The notes beneath the pieces were generated by a model, which was not told the origin of the DNA, ran no database searches, and worked only from the letters and a program-made list of their open reading frames with translations. Source: the human T2T-CHM13v2.0 reference genome, Homo sapiens. Taken from it: a stretch of DNA of 64,000 nt. Every line of letters begins with the position of its first letter. Within the stretch, counting starts at the first letter, position 1. The DNA is taken from the NCBI RefSeq assembly GCF_009914755.1, contig NC_060947.1; one strand, 5' to 3'. The translations under genes were made by a program, and so were the position numbers. Shown here in pieces: positions 43,771 to 58,745 of the stretch.

Positions 43771-45754
43771 AGAAACCAAGATTTTTATAGGTTAAGTGAC
43801 TTGCCTAAAGCCATACAGTCGCCTAATGACAGAGCCTCTAAGACTAGACTGGAGGACTAAAATTGAAGTTTTCTTATTCATAGATCTGTGCCCTTATCAA
43901 TACCATCACCATGGTCTTTAGGTACATGAAGGAGCATTGGACAAATAGGATATGTAGCTGCTCTCTAATTCCACTGAGAAACAGCAAGAGACTAATACAC
44001 AGAAGGGAATTACAGCTTTTCTGGAATTTGTCTCTTTATTATTTTTTGGACGGAGTTCATTTCCATTCCCTCACAGCAATGTACTGGGATCTCTTGTAGT
44101 AGAAGTAACATCAGGGAGAAGATGAATATATAGGGAAAGGACAATGGGACCGGGGAGACCCTAGCAATCCATGTGAGACCTCTAGTGAGCCCCAAACAAG
44201 TAGTCATTTGGAGAATAATAGCTTAAAGGTGTCTTGAATTCTCCAGTGATCCTAAAACCTCATCTATGAAAGGAGAAAAAGAGTCTTTATTTCAGCTCAT
44301 AAAGGAATTGGATAAAAGTGAGAGCTTTATGAATTGGTTGAAGAAGTAGCAGGTCTCAAACATCTTAGTCGGAAATAAAAATTTGTGAGGACAAAGACAC
44401 TGATGTAGGAAATCACTGTCTAGAGTTTGAAGAAAATTGTTCCATAAAATATACAGTGGATGTAAGGTAATATACAGTGCATGTCTACAGCAATATATTA
44501 TTTAATAAAGCATGTGATTTAAATAGGTATTTAAAATGTACAGTTTTGAGTGACTAATGAATTAAATATAACAATAATAAAATTAAATTCATAAAATATG
44601 AAAACTAAAAAGCAGAATCAAACATACTAAAAAAGAATTTTCAAGTTAAGAGATACCTCATCTGGAAAAATGTAATAAGACAAATGGTAAACCGTTTCCT
44701 AAAGTATGTATTTCTCCTGAAAGAGTCAAAAGACTACCTTCACTCCCATTTTTCTGAGTTAACAAAATAGAGGCATAAAATCAAATTTCTTGAGGACTGT
44801 AGTAATGAAGATCTAGGACTGCTGTTATTGCTTTAGAACCGAATTAAGAAGAATTGATGGACAGTGAAAGAATAAAAACAGATTCGATAAAAGATGGCAG
44901 GCGGAAAAAAATGGGAAAACATCTAATATTTTTAGTCAGACTCATGGCAGAAGCAAGTTCAAAGACTTCGGTTGGTATCGAGGACTATTTTATGAACCCA
45001 GTAAATTGTAATTGTTGTTGAGGTTTCCAATTCAAAGTTAAATTTAAGTTAGACTCTAGTGCACAATGGATGAGAGACTGTGAAGGTATCGTAATCACTC
45101 AATATCCTCTCTCCTCTCTCTTCCACGTTGACCCAATGTATTGTCATTTATATTTCATGCAAAATACTACAGAAGGTGCTTCCAAGCACTCGTATTCTTT
45201 TGACTGGCACAAATGTTTCCAGAAAACAGTATCTTTCTGTTGTTAGGTGACAAATACTGAGTGTTATGTATCAAGAATGAACAACTAAGCCCTACGAGTC
45301 GAGGACTGCTGCTTTCTGCCTTTTGGAAACATGTAGTATTCATTCACCCAAAACAGTTGTGTACATATAACTGCGGAAATCTTCTATCTTTGACGGAAGA
45401 AGAAATGTGAGAAAACCCCTAAATAAAAGAAATTGTTCTCGCAAAGATTGACTCCCACTATCAATAAAATTATCTGGAGCTTTTGGTTCTATTGTGAAAA
45501 ATCCGCCCCCTCTGTCACAAAACACACCATATATCCTGCATTAAATAAACTTTTCTTAAAAGTCGTTCCCCATTGCATCAGCAAATTTACAATGGTAATT
45601 TTAGAATAAGTTTTTTATCCAAGCTTCCTCAGGAAAAAAAAGACACAGGTATTGTAGGCCAGGCTAATGTCGCATTTTAAAAATAAACTCACTTGTGAAT
45701 ATACAGGTTAGTCACAATAAATGCTCTTTTAAAAATGTGATACTTCCAACTTAC

Positions 45755-45815
45755 TTGATATAGTAGGGCACTTTGTTTGGCGAGATGGCTCTCTCCCAGG
45801 GACCCTGGACAGACG
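45755..45815 (-). CDS. DMD: dystrophin exon 62 (61 bp, internal coding exon, N-terminal half of WW domain)
   Basis: Minus strand: ccttgcctttctttttttcctcccttcttttcag|CGTCTGTCCAGGGTCCCTGGGAGAGAGCCATCTCGCCAAACAAAGTGCCCTACTATATCAA|gtaagt; translates (T)SVQGPWERAISPNKVPYYI(N); 61 nt, phase 1 to phase 2. Confidence 0.97.
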
Positions 45816-45860
45816 CTGAAAAGAAGGGAGGAAAAAAAGAAAGGCAAGGAGGTCAAATTC
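45816..45860 (-). promoter_or_regulatory. DMD: exon 62 3' splice site: polypyrimidine tract and candidate branch point
   Basis: About 35-nt pyrimidine run ending CAG; TTTGAC branch-like motif with A at about -38; no other AG for about 70 nt upstream. Confidence 0.85.
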
Positions 45861-47474
45861 ATCGCAAACAGGAAAGACAACATTAATCTCCAGAATTACA
45901 ATTTTACACTGATATTGGTCTGTTTGCTCAGCTGCCCATGAAGACAGGATGGATTAACCTGCTGTTCTGAAATTTCTGTCCTAATCTAAGCGAAACTGAA
46001 CTCATTCAGGCACAAAGATAAATGCGAAGAAAAAAAAAACCCACAAACATTTCCACTGCTAAACCTATAGAACAGATAAGAAACTGAATGAGTAGACTGA
46101 CGGGGTTTCTTGTATGTGTCTCCCTTGAGTGCTTTTTTTTATAATACTTCCTGTTGCTGGTTCTCAATATTTTTTACTATTTGACTGACTGGATTTTATT
46201 ATTTCAGTAGCTGAAATATCCCTCTGTGATATATTTACATTCTAAGTTATTGAAGCTAAAGTAATATGCTTATCACTCTGATATGGTTGTTTTTATCTTT
46301 ATTGGTTTAAAGAGAATCCAAATTCACTTACCAAATAGATGCTTAATTTGGTGCCTCAAAATGTCAGCTGACCAGTGTGATCTTATTAGAAAAGGTGACC
46401 AAAAGTGAGGGAATGTCTACTGATATCAGAGCGTAATAAGACTTTTGTTATGAGTGATGAATCCTATACGTGAAATTTCATTTCACATACTAGGAATTTG
46501 TTTTATTATGACTTCACTGTGTATTGGTCAAATGAATGATCTTTGCATTGTTTTTTTTTTTTTCAGGCTTAAGTTGTAGGATTTCTTCCCTAAAGCTGAA
46601 CCTCTACAAATATATTTTATATACTGTTTGATCTGATGGTTTTTTTTCTTTCTTTAAGACAAAATAATCTTGTTGAGGAGGCACTATAACATTTCCTCAA
46701 CAATATAATCTTCCTCCTGAATATAGTTTTAAGACACTGGAGCTTTAAGAAACACAGAATATTATCAGAAACAGAAATAAAAGACGCATTCTTATTAATA
46801 TCTAGCAACTTTATGTGTCTATACTTTTTCCCCTGAATTTTCATTCTGCTAATAATTTGAAGCACAGCTGATGCTGACCATTATTTCCTCCTATGAAAAA
46901 CTCCCTTTTAAATTAGTCTCACAGTAAATTCACTCCGCAGTGTATTGAGATGTAAGAAAACGTCAAAGCTAATATATCCTCGACTACACTGTATAATATG
47001 AAAGAACAGCTTCTAATAAAAGTTAACTTCACCCACTGCCAGACAATTTAAGCGTAATGAAACTCCAGCTTCTTTGTTTTATATAGAGTAATAGAGGGAT
47101 CAAATCACCCAACCTTTAACCAGACATGCTGTTTTGTACCTTGGAGATATGTCATTTAAACGATATAGGAAATGGATTTGTATTTGGCCGGTAATTATGC
47201 TTTTTCATTTTGGCAGACGGAAATTTTTAATACAGAGAAAAAAGACATTTAGCTGCTGTTTTGAAGTAGTCTCTGACTTTCCATTTCTTTCTGTCCTTCT
47301 TTCTCTATTCCTTTCTTTTCCCTTCCTCCTGCCTTCCCTGCTTCCCTTTCCATCTTTGCCTTTCTCATTCTCTTCCCAACTCTTCTCTTGTCCTTTTTTC
47401 TTCTGTAGGATGCAGCTCTCCTGTCCAAATAAGTTCACAGAGTAAATAAGATCTGATTTAAAAACATGGGCTAA

Positions 47475-47817
<343 letters not shown>

Positions 47818-47939
47818 CTATCTGGTCAGAGTCTGTTGTTATGGAAATATTAAAAAGCTAGCCCTCTATAGCAGGAAACATGGTGGAGAGCCAGAAATTA
47901 TAGCTCCTGGCTGCTCAGTGTACCTTCTTCTTAAAATAC

Positions 47940-48160
47940 CAGCATCATAAAAGGAAGAAGAGAACTCCAGAGAGCTCTTGGTCCAGCCCTCACTGGCTGT
48001 GAATGCCAAGCCTGTGAATACCTAAACTGAGAAAAGAATGGCTATTCTTTCCTTAAAGGTATCTATGGGCTGAGGCCTCACAATTTCTCTTATTATACCT
48101 TTCTAGTTTTTTTTTTTTTTTATCATTCTAGTGGTCCAGAAATTCTTTCTAATTTGGAGG
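47940..48160 (-). mobile_element. possible L3/CR1 3' fragment
   Basis: Weak match to reverse L3 tail (agagagctcttggtccagccctc...agaaattctttctaat). Confidence 0.45.
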
Positions 48161-49904
48161 ATGCTAGACCATCCTCTGATAGCAGAAGAATCACTTTGGA
48201 TTTCCTACACTATTCTTAGGCGTCTCTCAGAAAGAAGTGTGCTGGAGAGGGCTGCTGGCTGCCTGGCCTGGCTTAGGGGCTTTCGGCCTGAAAGAAACAA
48301 CCTCTAAGCAGCGAGAGACAGAGGAAAATTGGCGTTGCCTGGCTGAGCTAATGGGAAGACCTACGTAGGGTATCTAGAGTTGACTTTTTATGTTTACATT
48401 AAAAGGGGAAAATTTTCAATTAAATGTCAGAGAAGTTATCAGAATATGCTTGAACTAAATAGCTGAAAATATTTTTAAAGAATTTTAAAAATATTATAAA
48501 TTCTAGATCAATATGAAATTTCAAGCTTTTGTAATTGCAGTTCTTAAGTGTTCATTTATTTTCCTTAAAAAAGCTTTTTGTCTTATGTGTAGCCATCAAA
48601 TAGGTCCAATGGTGAGATTCAGTGTATTTTTTTTCTGAAAGATGTTTTTCCCCTTTGATTCACAGTTTATAAATTCACCTAAGCAACTGCTTTGCAGTCA
48701 TTGTTTGAAACCTTACAATTTTATGCTCAAAAATGTCCTTGACACAATAAAAAAAAAAAAAAAAAGGAAAATAACAACAGCCTCCCCTCATTCCTTCCCT
48801 GCCCCATCATAATCACATACACACACACTGGAACTACTTGCTTTAGAAATAACACACAATTGGATGATAGTTCTACGGAATTGGGTTCAGTGCTCCTTCT
48901 CAAGAGATTCTTAAGGGTTGTCGACAATTTCATTTGGGGCTGCCAGATGATTCTGGTCTTCCATCTATTCAAAAGTTGATCAAATATGTGGCAGTGCTCA
49001 CAAGTGTGCCACAGAATTTTTTCATTTCTTGTAGCAGTACTGATGCCAACAACAGCTGTTTCTTATCTCAGTGTACCAGTGGAAGCTTGTCATTCTTCAT
49101 AAAGCTAGCCTACGTAATAGACACACACATCTTTTATGCCTGATGTGTCCATTTTTAGTAGCCCATCAAAAGCAAATTTATCGGCAAATAGTTTCTATAT
49201 GACACCGGGTTGTCCTTTGGTATTTTCTTATACAGATGTGCTTATAACCACTACGTGTAATTCCAGGGCAGCTTTGTGATTCAGATTCTTGAATGTACAA
49301 ATCAACCATTATCATACGGCACCAGCATCATGGGGTATTGTCCACTGAATTTAGATAGCAAACTACACATGCATTTATTTATTGCAAAACCAACCTCTGA
49401 ATTTCCTTTTGTGTTACAGACACAGTATGTTATTAAGAGCAAGAAAGGGTAGCAATTCTATCTTCAAATGCTTTTCCTTCCTTGAGGTGACAGGATTCAA
49501 TATTGTGCCCAAGGTAGTTTTGAAAATCACAAGCACAGGCCACATTATTTAGGGGAAGTTGTTATTTCAGCCGTTTTTAAATGCATGATGAACAGAATGT
49601 TCCAAGTGATGCACCCTGGTGTTAAGTCATATTTTAATCAACATAGGGGCCTAACCAGAAAATTAAAAAGAATGCTAATGTTATTTTAAGACATGCCAAA
49701 AGAGCACTTTCTGGAATTCCAACACAAATACCTTCATTCATCTCTCTACTTTTCTCATACTTGGTGGATTTGGAGTTTGATAACATAGGTGGGTCAAAAA
49801 AGTGGGGACAGTTTAGATAAATAACCGATACAGCAATCACTGGAGGTAAAATAGAAAACTCACCTCTGGGGTTGAACAAAAGGCATTAGGGAGGATCTAC
49901 TAGA

Positions 49905-50460
49905 CTTGTTTTGTCTTTTCCAGAATGTCATATAAATACAGTATGTAACCTTTTGATACTGGTTTATTTCACTCAGCATAATGCATAATCCATATTGCTG
50001 TATCAACGATTTGTTTCTTTTCATTGCTAAGTAGTATGCCATTATATGGGTGTACTACAGCTTAGTTATCCATTCACCTGTTCAAAGACATTAGGTTGCT
50101 TTTAGCATTTGGCAATCATGAATAAAGCTGGTATCAACATTTGTGTACAGGTGTTTGCATAAGCATAAGTTTTCATTTCTCTAAGATGAATGCTTAAGAG
50201 TGGGCTTGTAGGGTTACAACAGATTTTTCATTGCTAAAAAATTCCCACTTATGGATGTACCATGATTTATTGAATAAATTCCCTCTTTGGGAACATATAA
50301 GTTGTCTCCAGTTTTTCACTGTTCTAAGTAAGGCCACAGTGAACATCTTTGTAGATAAATCTTTGCACATATTTTAGTTAATTTTTTAAAGCAAAATTCC
50401 TAGAAGTATATTTACTTGATTAAAGGCTATGAATGTTTTAAAAACATTTTACATAAATTA
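49905..50460 (-). mobile_element. old L1M fragments
   Basis: ttccagaatgtcatataaat...tttcactcagcataatgc...ttatccattcacctgtt...aataaagctggtatcaacatttgtgtacagg. Confidence 0.8.
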
Positions 50461-50709
50461 CACTTATGGCAGCAGAAGCCTCTCTTTATTGATATAAGTG
50501 TAAAGAGAAAAATCAATTTTCTGCAGGTCAATAGTATTTAGTTGGCATAATTCTCAAAGCAAGTTAGATATACTGCTTGATACAGTAGATTATTTGGGAA
50601 CATTCCTCTCACACTCTCCTCTTCCCCTGATAGACTGTAAAACTCAGAGTTTAGAAAGGCACTCAGGATGTTGGCTTTCTATTTCAAAGCCCAATCCAGC
50701 ATCTTGAGA

Positions 50710-50950
50710 GGGAGCTGGATATAGCAGAAAATGTCCAGAGTACAGATTCAGAAGAACTGGATTTGAGTCCTGACTCCCCTATCACTTCATGATCTTAAGC
50801 TAGTCTTTTTCCTGCCTAAGCCTTATTTTCCTTATATTCCAATGGGAATAATGATATCTCCCTCACCAAAATGTTGTCAGGATAAAATGAGGAAATCAAT
50901 ATGAAATTGCTTTGTAAAATGTTAATCACCACACAAATAATGTTTGTAAT
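50710..50950 (+). mobile_element. MIR
   Basis: gattcagaagaactggatttgagtcctgactc...aatgggaataatgatatct...gttgtcaggataaaatgag. Confidence 0.7.
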
Positions 50951-51479
50951 CACATAGCTATGATGTGTTGTCTGAATGATGGTTAATTGTGGAACCAATT
51001 CTTTCTCTCTCACCTGGGCAGCATTTATCTGCAGCCTTGAATCCACTCCTAACTACTGTTAATGTGCCACATGTAGTATAAAGTATGGCAGAGAGAAATG
51101 CCTTTGAATAGTATCTAACTGCCTGGGCTTATGGTACTTCTTTCTACATCTCTGTCTTCCTAGACCAATGACATCTATACAACAGATCTTTCATTCTTAG
51201 CTAGACCATTTATCCACCATTCATCAGCATGAATGATAAACAGATTAGTCTATATTTTATGCAGTGAAAATCAGAGGCCCATAGACTGATTAGCATTTGG
51301 CAATCATGAATAAAGCTGGTATCAACATTTGTGTACAGGTATTTGCATCAGCATAAGTTTGGTTCTTTTCACTGAAATGCAAGTGAAAGGACAAGACCAT
51401 AAGTACTAGAATCATAGCAGATGCTATGAGAATGGCTGGACTCTTTAAGGAAGGAAGATCGTACAAAGAGAACTGCATG

Positions 51480-52385
<906 letters not shown>

Positions 52386-54194
52386 GATGAGTACAGTGGA
52401 GGAAAACAAAAGGGAATGTACCCTGGCAAATGCCCCCAAATGGCGGTGGCAGTAGAACTGCTGTCAAAGAAAAATAATACAGAAGCTAGAATAAAGTGGG
52501 ATGAAACACAAGAACAGCCTAGCTGGTGAAGTATAAGCAATTCTTGAGCCTGACAGACTAAGGGTGTAGAAGAAGAAGATGTATTTGATCCCACGATCAC
52601 TGGTGACCTCAAAAGGGCAATTTCACACTAGTGATCAGAGGCTGAAGGAGGGAGTAGACGGAGGGGAAGCAAGCATTTGAGAAGTTGTGTATAAAAAGAG
52701 GAAAACAGAAATGGAAAGGGGCAACATCTGATTGTTGGTCATCCCTCTCTTGTGCTCTGTAACCCAGCCTATTCAGTTCACTTCATTACTGAATTTGCTT
52801 AGGGTTTCTTTATAACGTTAAATTATATGCAAAATGTATTTCTATCGTTTTCATTTCCTAAAGTCATAATCAGGATTATAATACAGTATTTAAGCTTTCA
52901 TGTAGTTATTAGTGTTGAATATATATGTATATATGTGTAATTTTTCCCATTCCAATTTTTTTCTGTATGATTTCTATTTTCTTTTGATGTGACGCATATA
53001 GTTCCTGTAGCAAGAGTAAGTTTTCTGTCATTTAAATGAAAGGCCAAGTTAAATTTAACACTTTTCAAAACGTTAAATTAAAATAAGGATAGTGCTTTAT
53101 ATGTCTATATCGTATATCAAAAGTAAAGATTCAATGAAAACTTTAAGATCACTTACTAAACTTTCAAAGATGGGCAGACTTTCCATAAAGATTTCAACAG
53201 CAGAGACAGATGGGCTACATTCCAGAGAGGAAGGTCACAAGAGTGATGAATGAGACCTCTAATGTCTGCCATAGCTGTGAAAATCTTTATGGCTAACTAA
53301 AATTCCTAACGAATAACAACCTGTAAATATTATATGAGCTGTCAGACAGATAATGCTGAGCTCTGAGACCATTGCACATGGTGAACAGAATACCACACCA
53401 TGGGATTTGTCAGTAGATTGCCAAGTCATTTAGAGTATCAGGCTCACATTTGATCTGGGAAGTCAAGAGTTCATACTAAAATTCTTGGCAAGGTGACTGA
53501 GTTGCAGAGATAAAACTATATCTAATATCCAGTGCTGATGGCTGCACAGTCACACAAAGTCTAATAGCCAAAGTTGGGCGGCATTACTCATGAAAAAAAA
53601 AAAGAAAAAAAAGCTGCTTCTAACCGACTTATAGAAAACTTCAAAAACATCACGGTGATTATTAGAAGAGTAAGAAAGCAATCAAGCTTCCTAAGGTCAG
53701 ATATAGGAAGATAGATACCTACATAAATAGAGCCATGAATAATTTATGCTCAAGGAATTTTCGAGTAAATTCGAACATAATTGGCTGACTGCATTACCAG
53801 GGAACTTTCCTCCAGGTAATGGTGGTTACAGTCTTTGGGCCATCTGGGTTAAGTCAGGTTACTAACAAGTCAATGCAATATCGCCAGGTGCCTTTACTGT
53901 CTCTGCAGATGTACTTTTAAAAGACGACAGGCAGTCCACACCATTTGCTGAACGCTCTCTGTGTGAAAGGTATTGTATTAGGCACCAGGGAAATTTCAAG
54001 GAAAGTAAAATTTGAAACCTGAGACAGTAGGGAGCAACTCAGATATTAAAAACCAAATGATCATAGATGGGATGTACATCCATTAGAAAGCGAGAAGAGT
54101 GAGAAAGAACTAGCAATTAACGCAAAAAGAGTATAGGAGAGATTGAATTTGGGGCCCATTTTTCACTCAGTTGTGAAAGAACTAAACATGTATA

Positions 54195-54575
54195 CCTTAG
54201 CCATGGCCTCATGGTGAGCGCAGTGTGCTTCCTAGCTCCTTGACCTTGGCTTGCTTGACCATGTGACTTGCTTTAGCAGATATGATGTGAACAGAGGCTT
54301 GTCACACTGGCAATCTGCCATGAGAACATGCCCCAGGTTGCTTCTGATCCTTTAGTCTGGGGCTCACAACCCAACACATTTAGAAACCATCTAAACTGAA
54401 CTCACAGCCTAGAGGCGAACCCAGGCATGCTTCAGTATGAAGTAGAGCTTTCCAGTCAAGTTTTATCCAGATCACCCGAATTACAGTTGACCTGTAGACC
54501 CATAAGCATGAGAACAGAAGCTTTATATTCTTGTATAGTAGTTATATTGTGGCATTATTGTGGATACAGCTGACA
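54195..54575 (+). mobile_element. MLT1I/J-like MaLR LTR
   Basis: gaccatgtgacttgctttagc...gccatgagaacatgccccagg...acctgtagacccataagcatgagaa...tacagctgaca. Confidence 0.7.
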
Positions 54576-54799
54576 GAGAGAGGAGTAGAGAGAGAAGGGG
54601 AGAGGGGAAACAGTATCATAAAGATTAAAGAATAAAAAATATCCTCCAGCCAAAGTCTCTCCCATTTGTTACTAGCCACTGCCTCTACTAACATGCAAAG
54701 ATTAATGGGGATTATCATCCTCTTTGGTCTGTGCAGTTGAGACGTGTGGGTTGCTATTCACTGGTGTCTGGAACCCCTTTTCTAAGGCTGATAATCCAT

Positions 54800-54990
54800 A
54801 ATAGTTACAAGTATGAACTTGAATATGTTAGTAAATTGTTCTAGTCTCAGTTTTCTCTTCTGTGAAATGGAGACAATAACAGTCCTTATTTTAAAGGTTG
54901 GTGTGAGGATTAAACGGGTTAATCTATGCAAAATGCTTCCTCTGTGTTAAGAGCACAGAGCGCTCGATACTTTTTAAAAATTCCAACTCC
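54800..54990 (+). mobile_element. MIR
   Basis: tctcagttttctcttctgtgaaatggagacaataacagt...ggttggtgtgaggattaaa. Confidence 0.75.
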
Positions 54991-55928
54991 TACGTTTATA
55001 ATTATTTTCATCATTAATGTAGCTAGTTATCAGGATATTTATCTCATTCACGAACTTACTGCCAATGTGAGGAATCCCAGGGTAACCAGGAAAGTGACAG
55101 AGACTTTCCATGGTTCTAGAGTTAAACTGACTGTTAACCACCAAAGCATGGGACCAGGGAACTAGTTAAGGAAATAATCTTTCTTCCTCTTTTTCTAGCC
55201 ATTTTCTGACTCTTTAAAAAATGTTACGCGGTTCTCAGAGTAATAAAACATGAACGGAGACAAATCTTCCTCTTGGCATTCTGATGCTGATGTTTACTAT
55301 GAAAATCAACTGTGTTTTATCATTATATACTATATTAGTATTGCTTCAGAATTCAAAATAAATAGCTAAATATTTTTAGAAATAAATAAAACATTCTTGT
55401 TTAATTTCAATTGTTGGTTCTGATTTTTAAACTAAATTTTTACATAACCAAGCTTACTATTTTTTTTCCTATTTAAATTGGTGTGGGTGATTCATGTTAA
55501 TGGAATTCTCTGACCTGAAGTTATGTGCTGTCTTGTTTAAGACATAAGCCTTGCTGCCCCCGCCTTTTTTTTTTTTTTTTTTTTTTTTTTGCCTGAAGAT
55601 AACAAGGTTGTCATGAGCTTTTGTGTTGGGTTCCAGGAATAACTGAAGATGCAGTTCAAAACTGAATCTTCCTCTAATAGATGTATCTGCTCCAGATCTC
55701 CTGGACCAAGTCTTTTGAATTACTTTCTTTCCCTTGATAGCTGGTCTAGGTCGAATTCTATAACATGAACTCCTTCACTTTTCACCTCCTGAGAATAAAT
55801 CCCTTCTGTCCCTAACTCACACCATAAATGAGCTCATTTCATTCCATTCCTCTTCGATTTTTTTTTTCCACAGACATTTCCTGCTCAGACTTTTTCTTTC
55901 CCTATCAAATTGCCCTCATGTTGACTAA

Positions 55929-56448
<520 letters not shown>

Positions 56449-56559
56449 TGAATGCATCTTGTGACTCTTGCTAGGTGAGATCAGGGACCAAGCAATTATA
56501 AACATTCTTTGCTAAGTTCCTATCAAAAGGAATACCCTCTACTTTGGATTTGCATGTAG

Positions 56560-57400
56560 CCTCAGGGACAATATGCGTTAATACTCAACTAGATAGAACA
56601 TCTCCTTTCTCTCACTGTGGAATGGATTCCTCCCTTCCATTCTACTCCCATTGCACCCACTATTTACTACCACTGTAGGAGGTCATTTTTTATAGGTCTG
56701 TCTTTTGTGATTGGTATTTAAATGTCCCAAGGCAATAATTCTCTTTTTATCTTCATATTTCAGGTGACTCGTTTTTGTTAATAAATATAGGAATGAATGA
56801 ATGAATACTACAGGCACAGTAAGTAACAATGCTACAGGCACCATGTCACTTCTTAGCTCAGAATTCTATGACTTCCCTTCTCACAAAGCATATATGCCAA
56901 AGGCTTTTAACGATAGCCAACCATAGTTGATAAGACCCTTCCTCGTCTGGCCCTTGGTCACTCACTGACCTCCTATCATTCACCATCTTTCTTCCTTGGC
57001 TTCAGTCATACTGGCTTCCTTGCTATTAATATTTCTCAAACCCTCTAAGCATGCTCCATCTTGGATCCTTTACTTTTACTGTTTCCTCCACCTGGAACAC
57101 TTTGTCCCCCAATATCTGACTGGTGTACTTCCTCACATCTCTACTGAAATGTCACCATTCCTGACCACTCCACTAAAAGGGTCCCCTTCTCCCATCCTCT
57201 AGCCCCTTTAGCCTGCTTTATTCTTTGTTTTTAAATCAAACTTATCATGACCTGATTGTCCATCTTCTCTTGTTAAAATGTAAGCTCCACAATAAATAAA
57301 CTTTGTTTTATTTACTGCCGTTTCCCCAGTTCCTAGATCAGAGTTTGATTTACATTGGTCATTCAACAGACATTTGTTGAGTAACAAAGTGAATCAATTC
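56560..57400 (+). mobile_element. two L2 3' fragments
   Basis: gaatgaatgaatgaat at about 56790; ctccacctggaacactt...aatgtaagctccac...ttccccagttcctaga...atttgttgagt. Confidence 0.7.
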
Positions 57401-57949
57401 TTAACTGACTGAAGATAAAGTGAAGTTCATTAACTCTTTCTGGACATTAGACTAAGCACCAGGCTAAGTTCTTTCATTTTATTAGACTGGGAACAATCTT
57501 TTAAGTGCCCAGTTATTCATTCAATCAAGGCATATCCTGCATCTAATATGCAAGATGTTGTGTTAGATGCAAAATTATTTTTAATAAAAAAGTAATGCAG
57601 GCCCTATGCCCTTAAAGTGCTCACACTCCAACATATTTCCTTTCAAGATCTATGTTACTGACCATCTTACGTTCTAACTCTTGCCTGTCATGGGCATGTA
57701 TGCTGCTGAGCTTAAGGTTTAAGGTAAGAGATTCATGTAATTTTATGCTGTCCCCAAAGTCCTTACCTATTAATGGAGATCATGAGGTTGGACACCTTAA
57801 ATAATAATAATCACTACTTATCCTGAACAAAATAATCAACCTCATTATGAAAGCAAGAGTAAATCAAATTACCCAGTGACTGTAATGGGCCTATTATAAT
57901 ACCTTTTTCTTAGATGCTTCTAAATGCCTGTCAATTTCATTGCCCCCTC

Positions 57950-58262
57950 ACAGATTGGCTTCCTCCAGGAAGCCAACTCTAAGGCAATGATTAGAGAGCA
58001 GGATAGACAACTGTGGAAGGGAAGTGAAAGAAACAGGAATAGAAATAGGGAGAAGTCAAGGTGAATGCAGACCCAGTGACAGTCTCATTCAACCCCATGG
58101 GAGCTCTTGAGCTAGAATGTTAATGTTCTCCTGAGTTGGGCCAAAATGGCCAGGTCATTATTCCCCTACACTGATCAGGAAGAGCTGCCCCTGTAAGGGG
58201 TATGATCTTGGGTGAGGCAGCTGATGCAATTCCTGAAGATTGTCTGCTGAGGACACTCCCTT
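57950..58262 (-). mobile_element. LTR33-like ERVL LTR
   Basis: caaccccatgggagctcttgagctagaatg...tgagttgggccaaaatggccagg...gatcttgggtgaggcagct. Confidence 0.7.
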
Positions 58263-58392
58263 TCATCGAGAGACTAAAGGGTCCCTAAGGATGCAGAAAA
58301 GCAACTTCAAATAATTCCTCAGGCATAGGTCACTGTATTTAGTGTTCCACATGACTTTCATTACCACAAATTGTGCAGGCATTGGTATAAAG

Positions 58393-58745
58393 GAGTGATT
58401 CTCAACTAGGGGCAATTTCACCCAACAGGGGACATCAGACAGACAATGTCTGGAGACATTTTTGGTTGTCACAGCTAAGGGAGGGGAGTGCTACTGGCAT
58501 GTAGTGAGTAGAGGCCAGAGATAATGCACAGGACAGCCCCCAATAATTTTTGCCCACAGAGGTGTGATCCCACCATTTCTGTTGCGCAAAGCTTTGTATT
58601 CTAGGACAGATGACAAAATGCTACCCCAGGCCAAACTCACAAATGCCTTCATTTTCTGAGTAGTGTAAAAATACACTTTTCAGAGCCAGCATTCCACTAA
58701 TTATCTGGCCCCAAATGCCAATAGTGCCCAGGTCAAGAAAGCCTA
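58393..58745. mobile_element. MER20 hAT-Charlie element carrying a foreign insert of about 155 nt
   Basis: gtgattctcaac...caatgtctggagacatttttggttgtcac...aatgcacaggacagccccc [insert] aattatctggccccaaatgccaatagtgcc; degenerate 8-bp TSD GTATAAAG/GTTTACAG. Confidence 0.9.

Noticed and set aside
45689-45883. 64-aa minus-strand ORF MLSFLFAMN...
   Set aside because: Wrong-frame read through the polypyrimidine tract and exon 62; the true frame is the dystrophin WW segment
47270-47410. Long plus-strand pyrimidine tract ending in tgtag
   Set aside because: Low-complexity CT-rich sequence on the wrong strand for DMD; no downstream exon evidence
57755-57790. TAG|GTAAGG recursive-splice-like motif on the minus strand
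   Set aside because: No adequate polypyrimidine tract upstream
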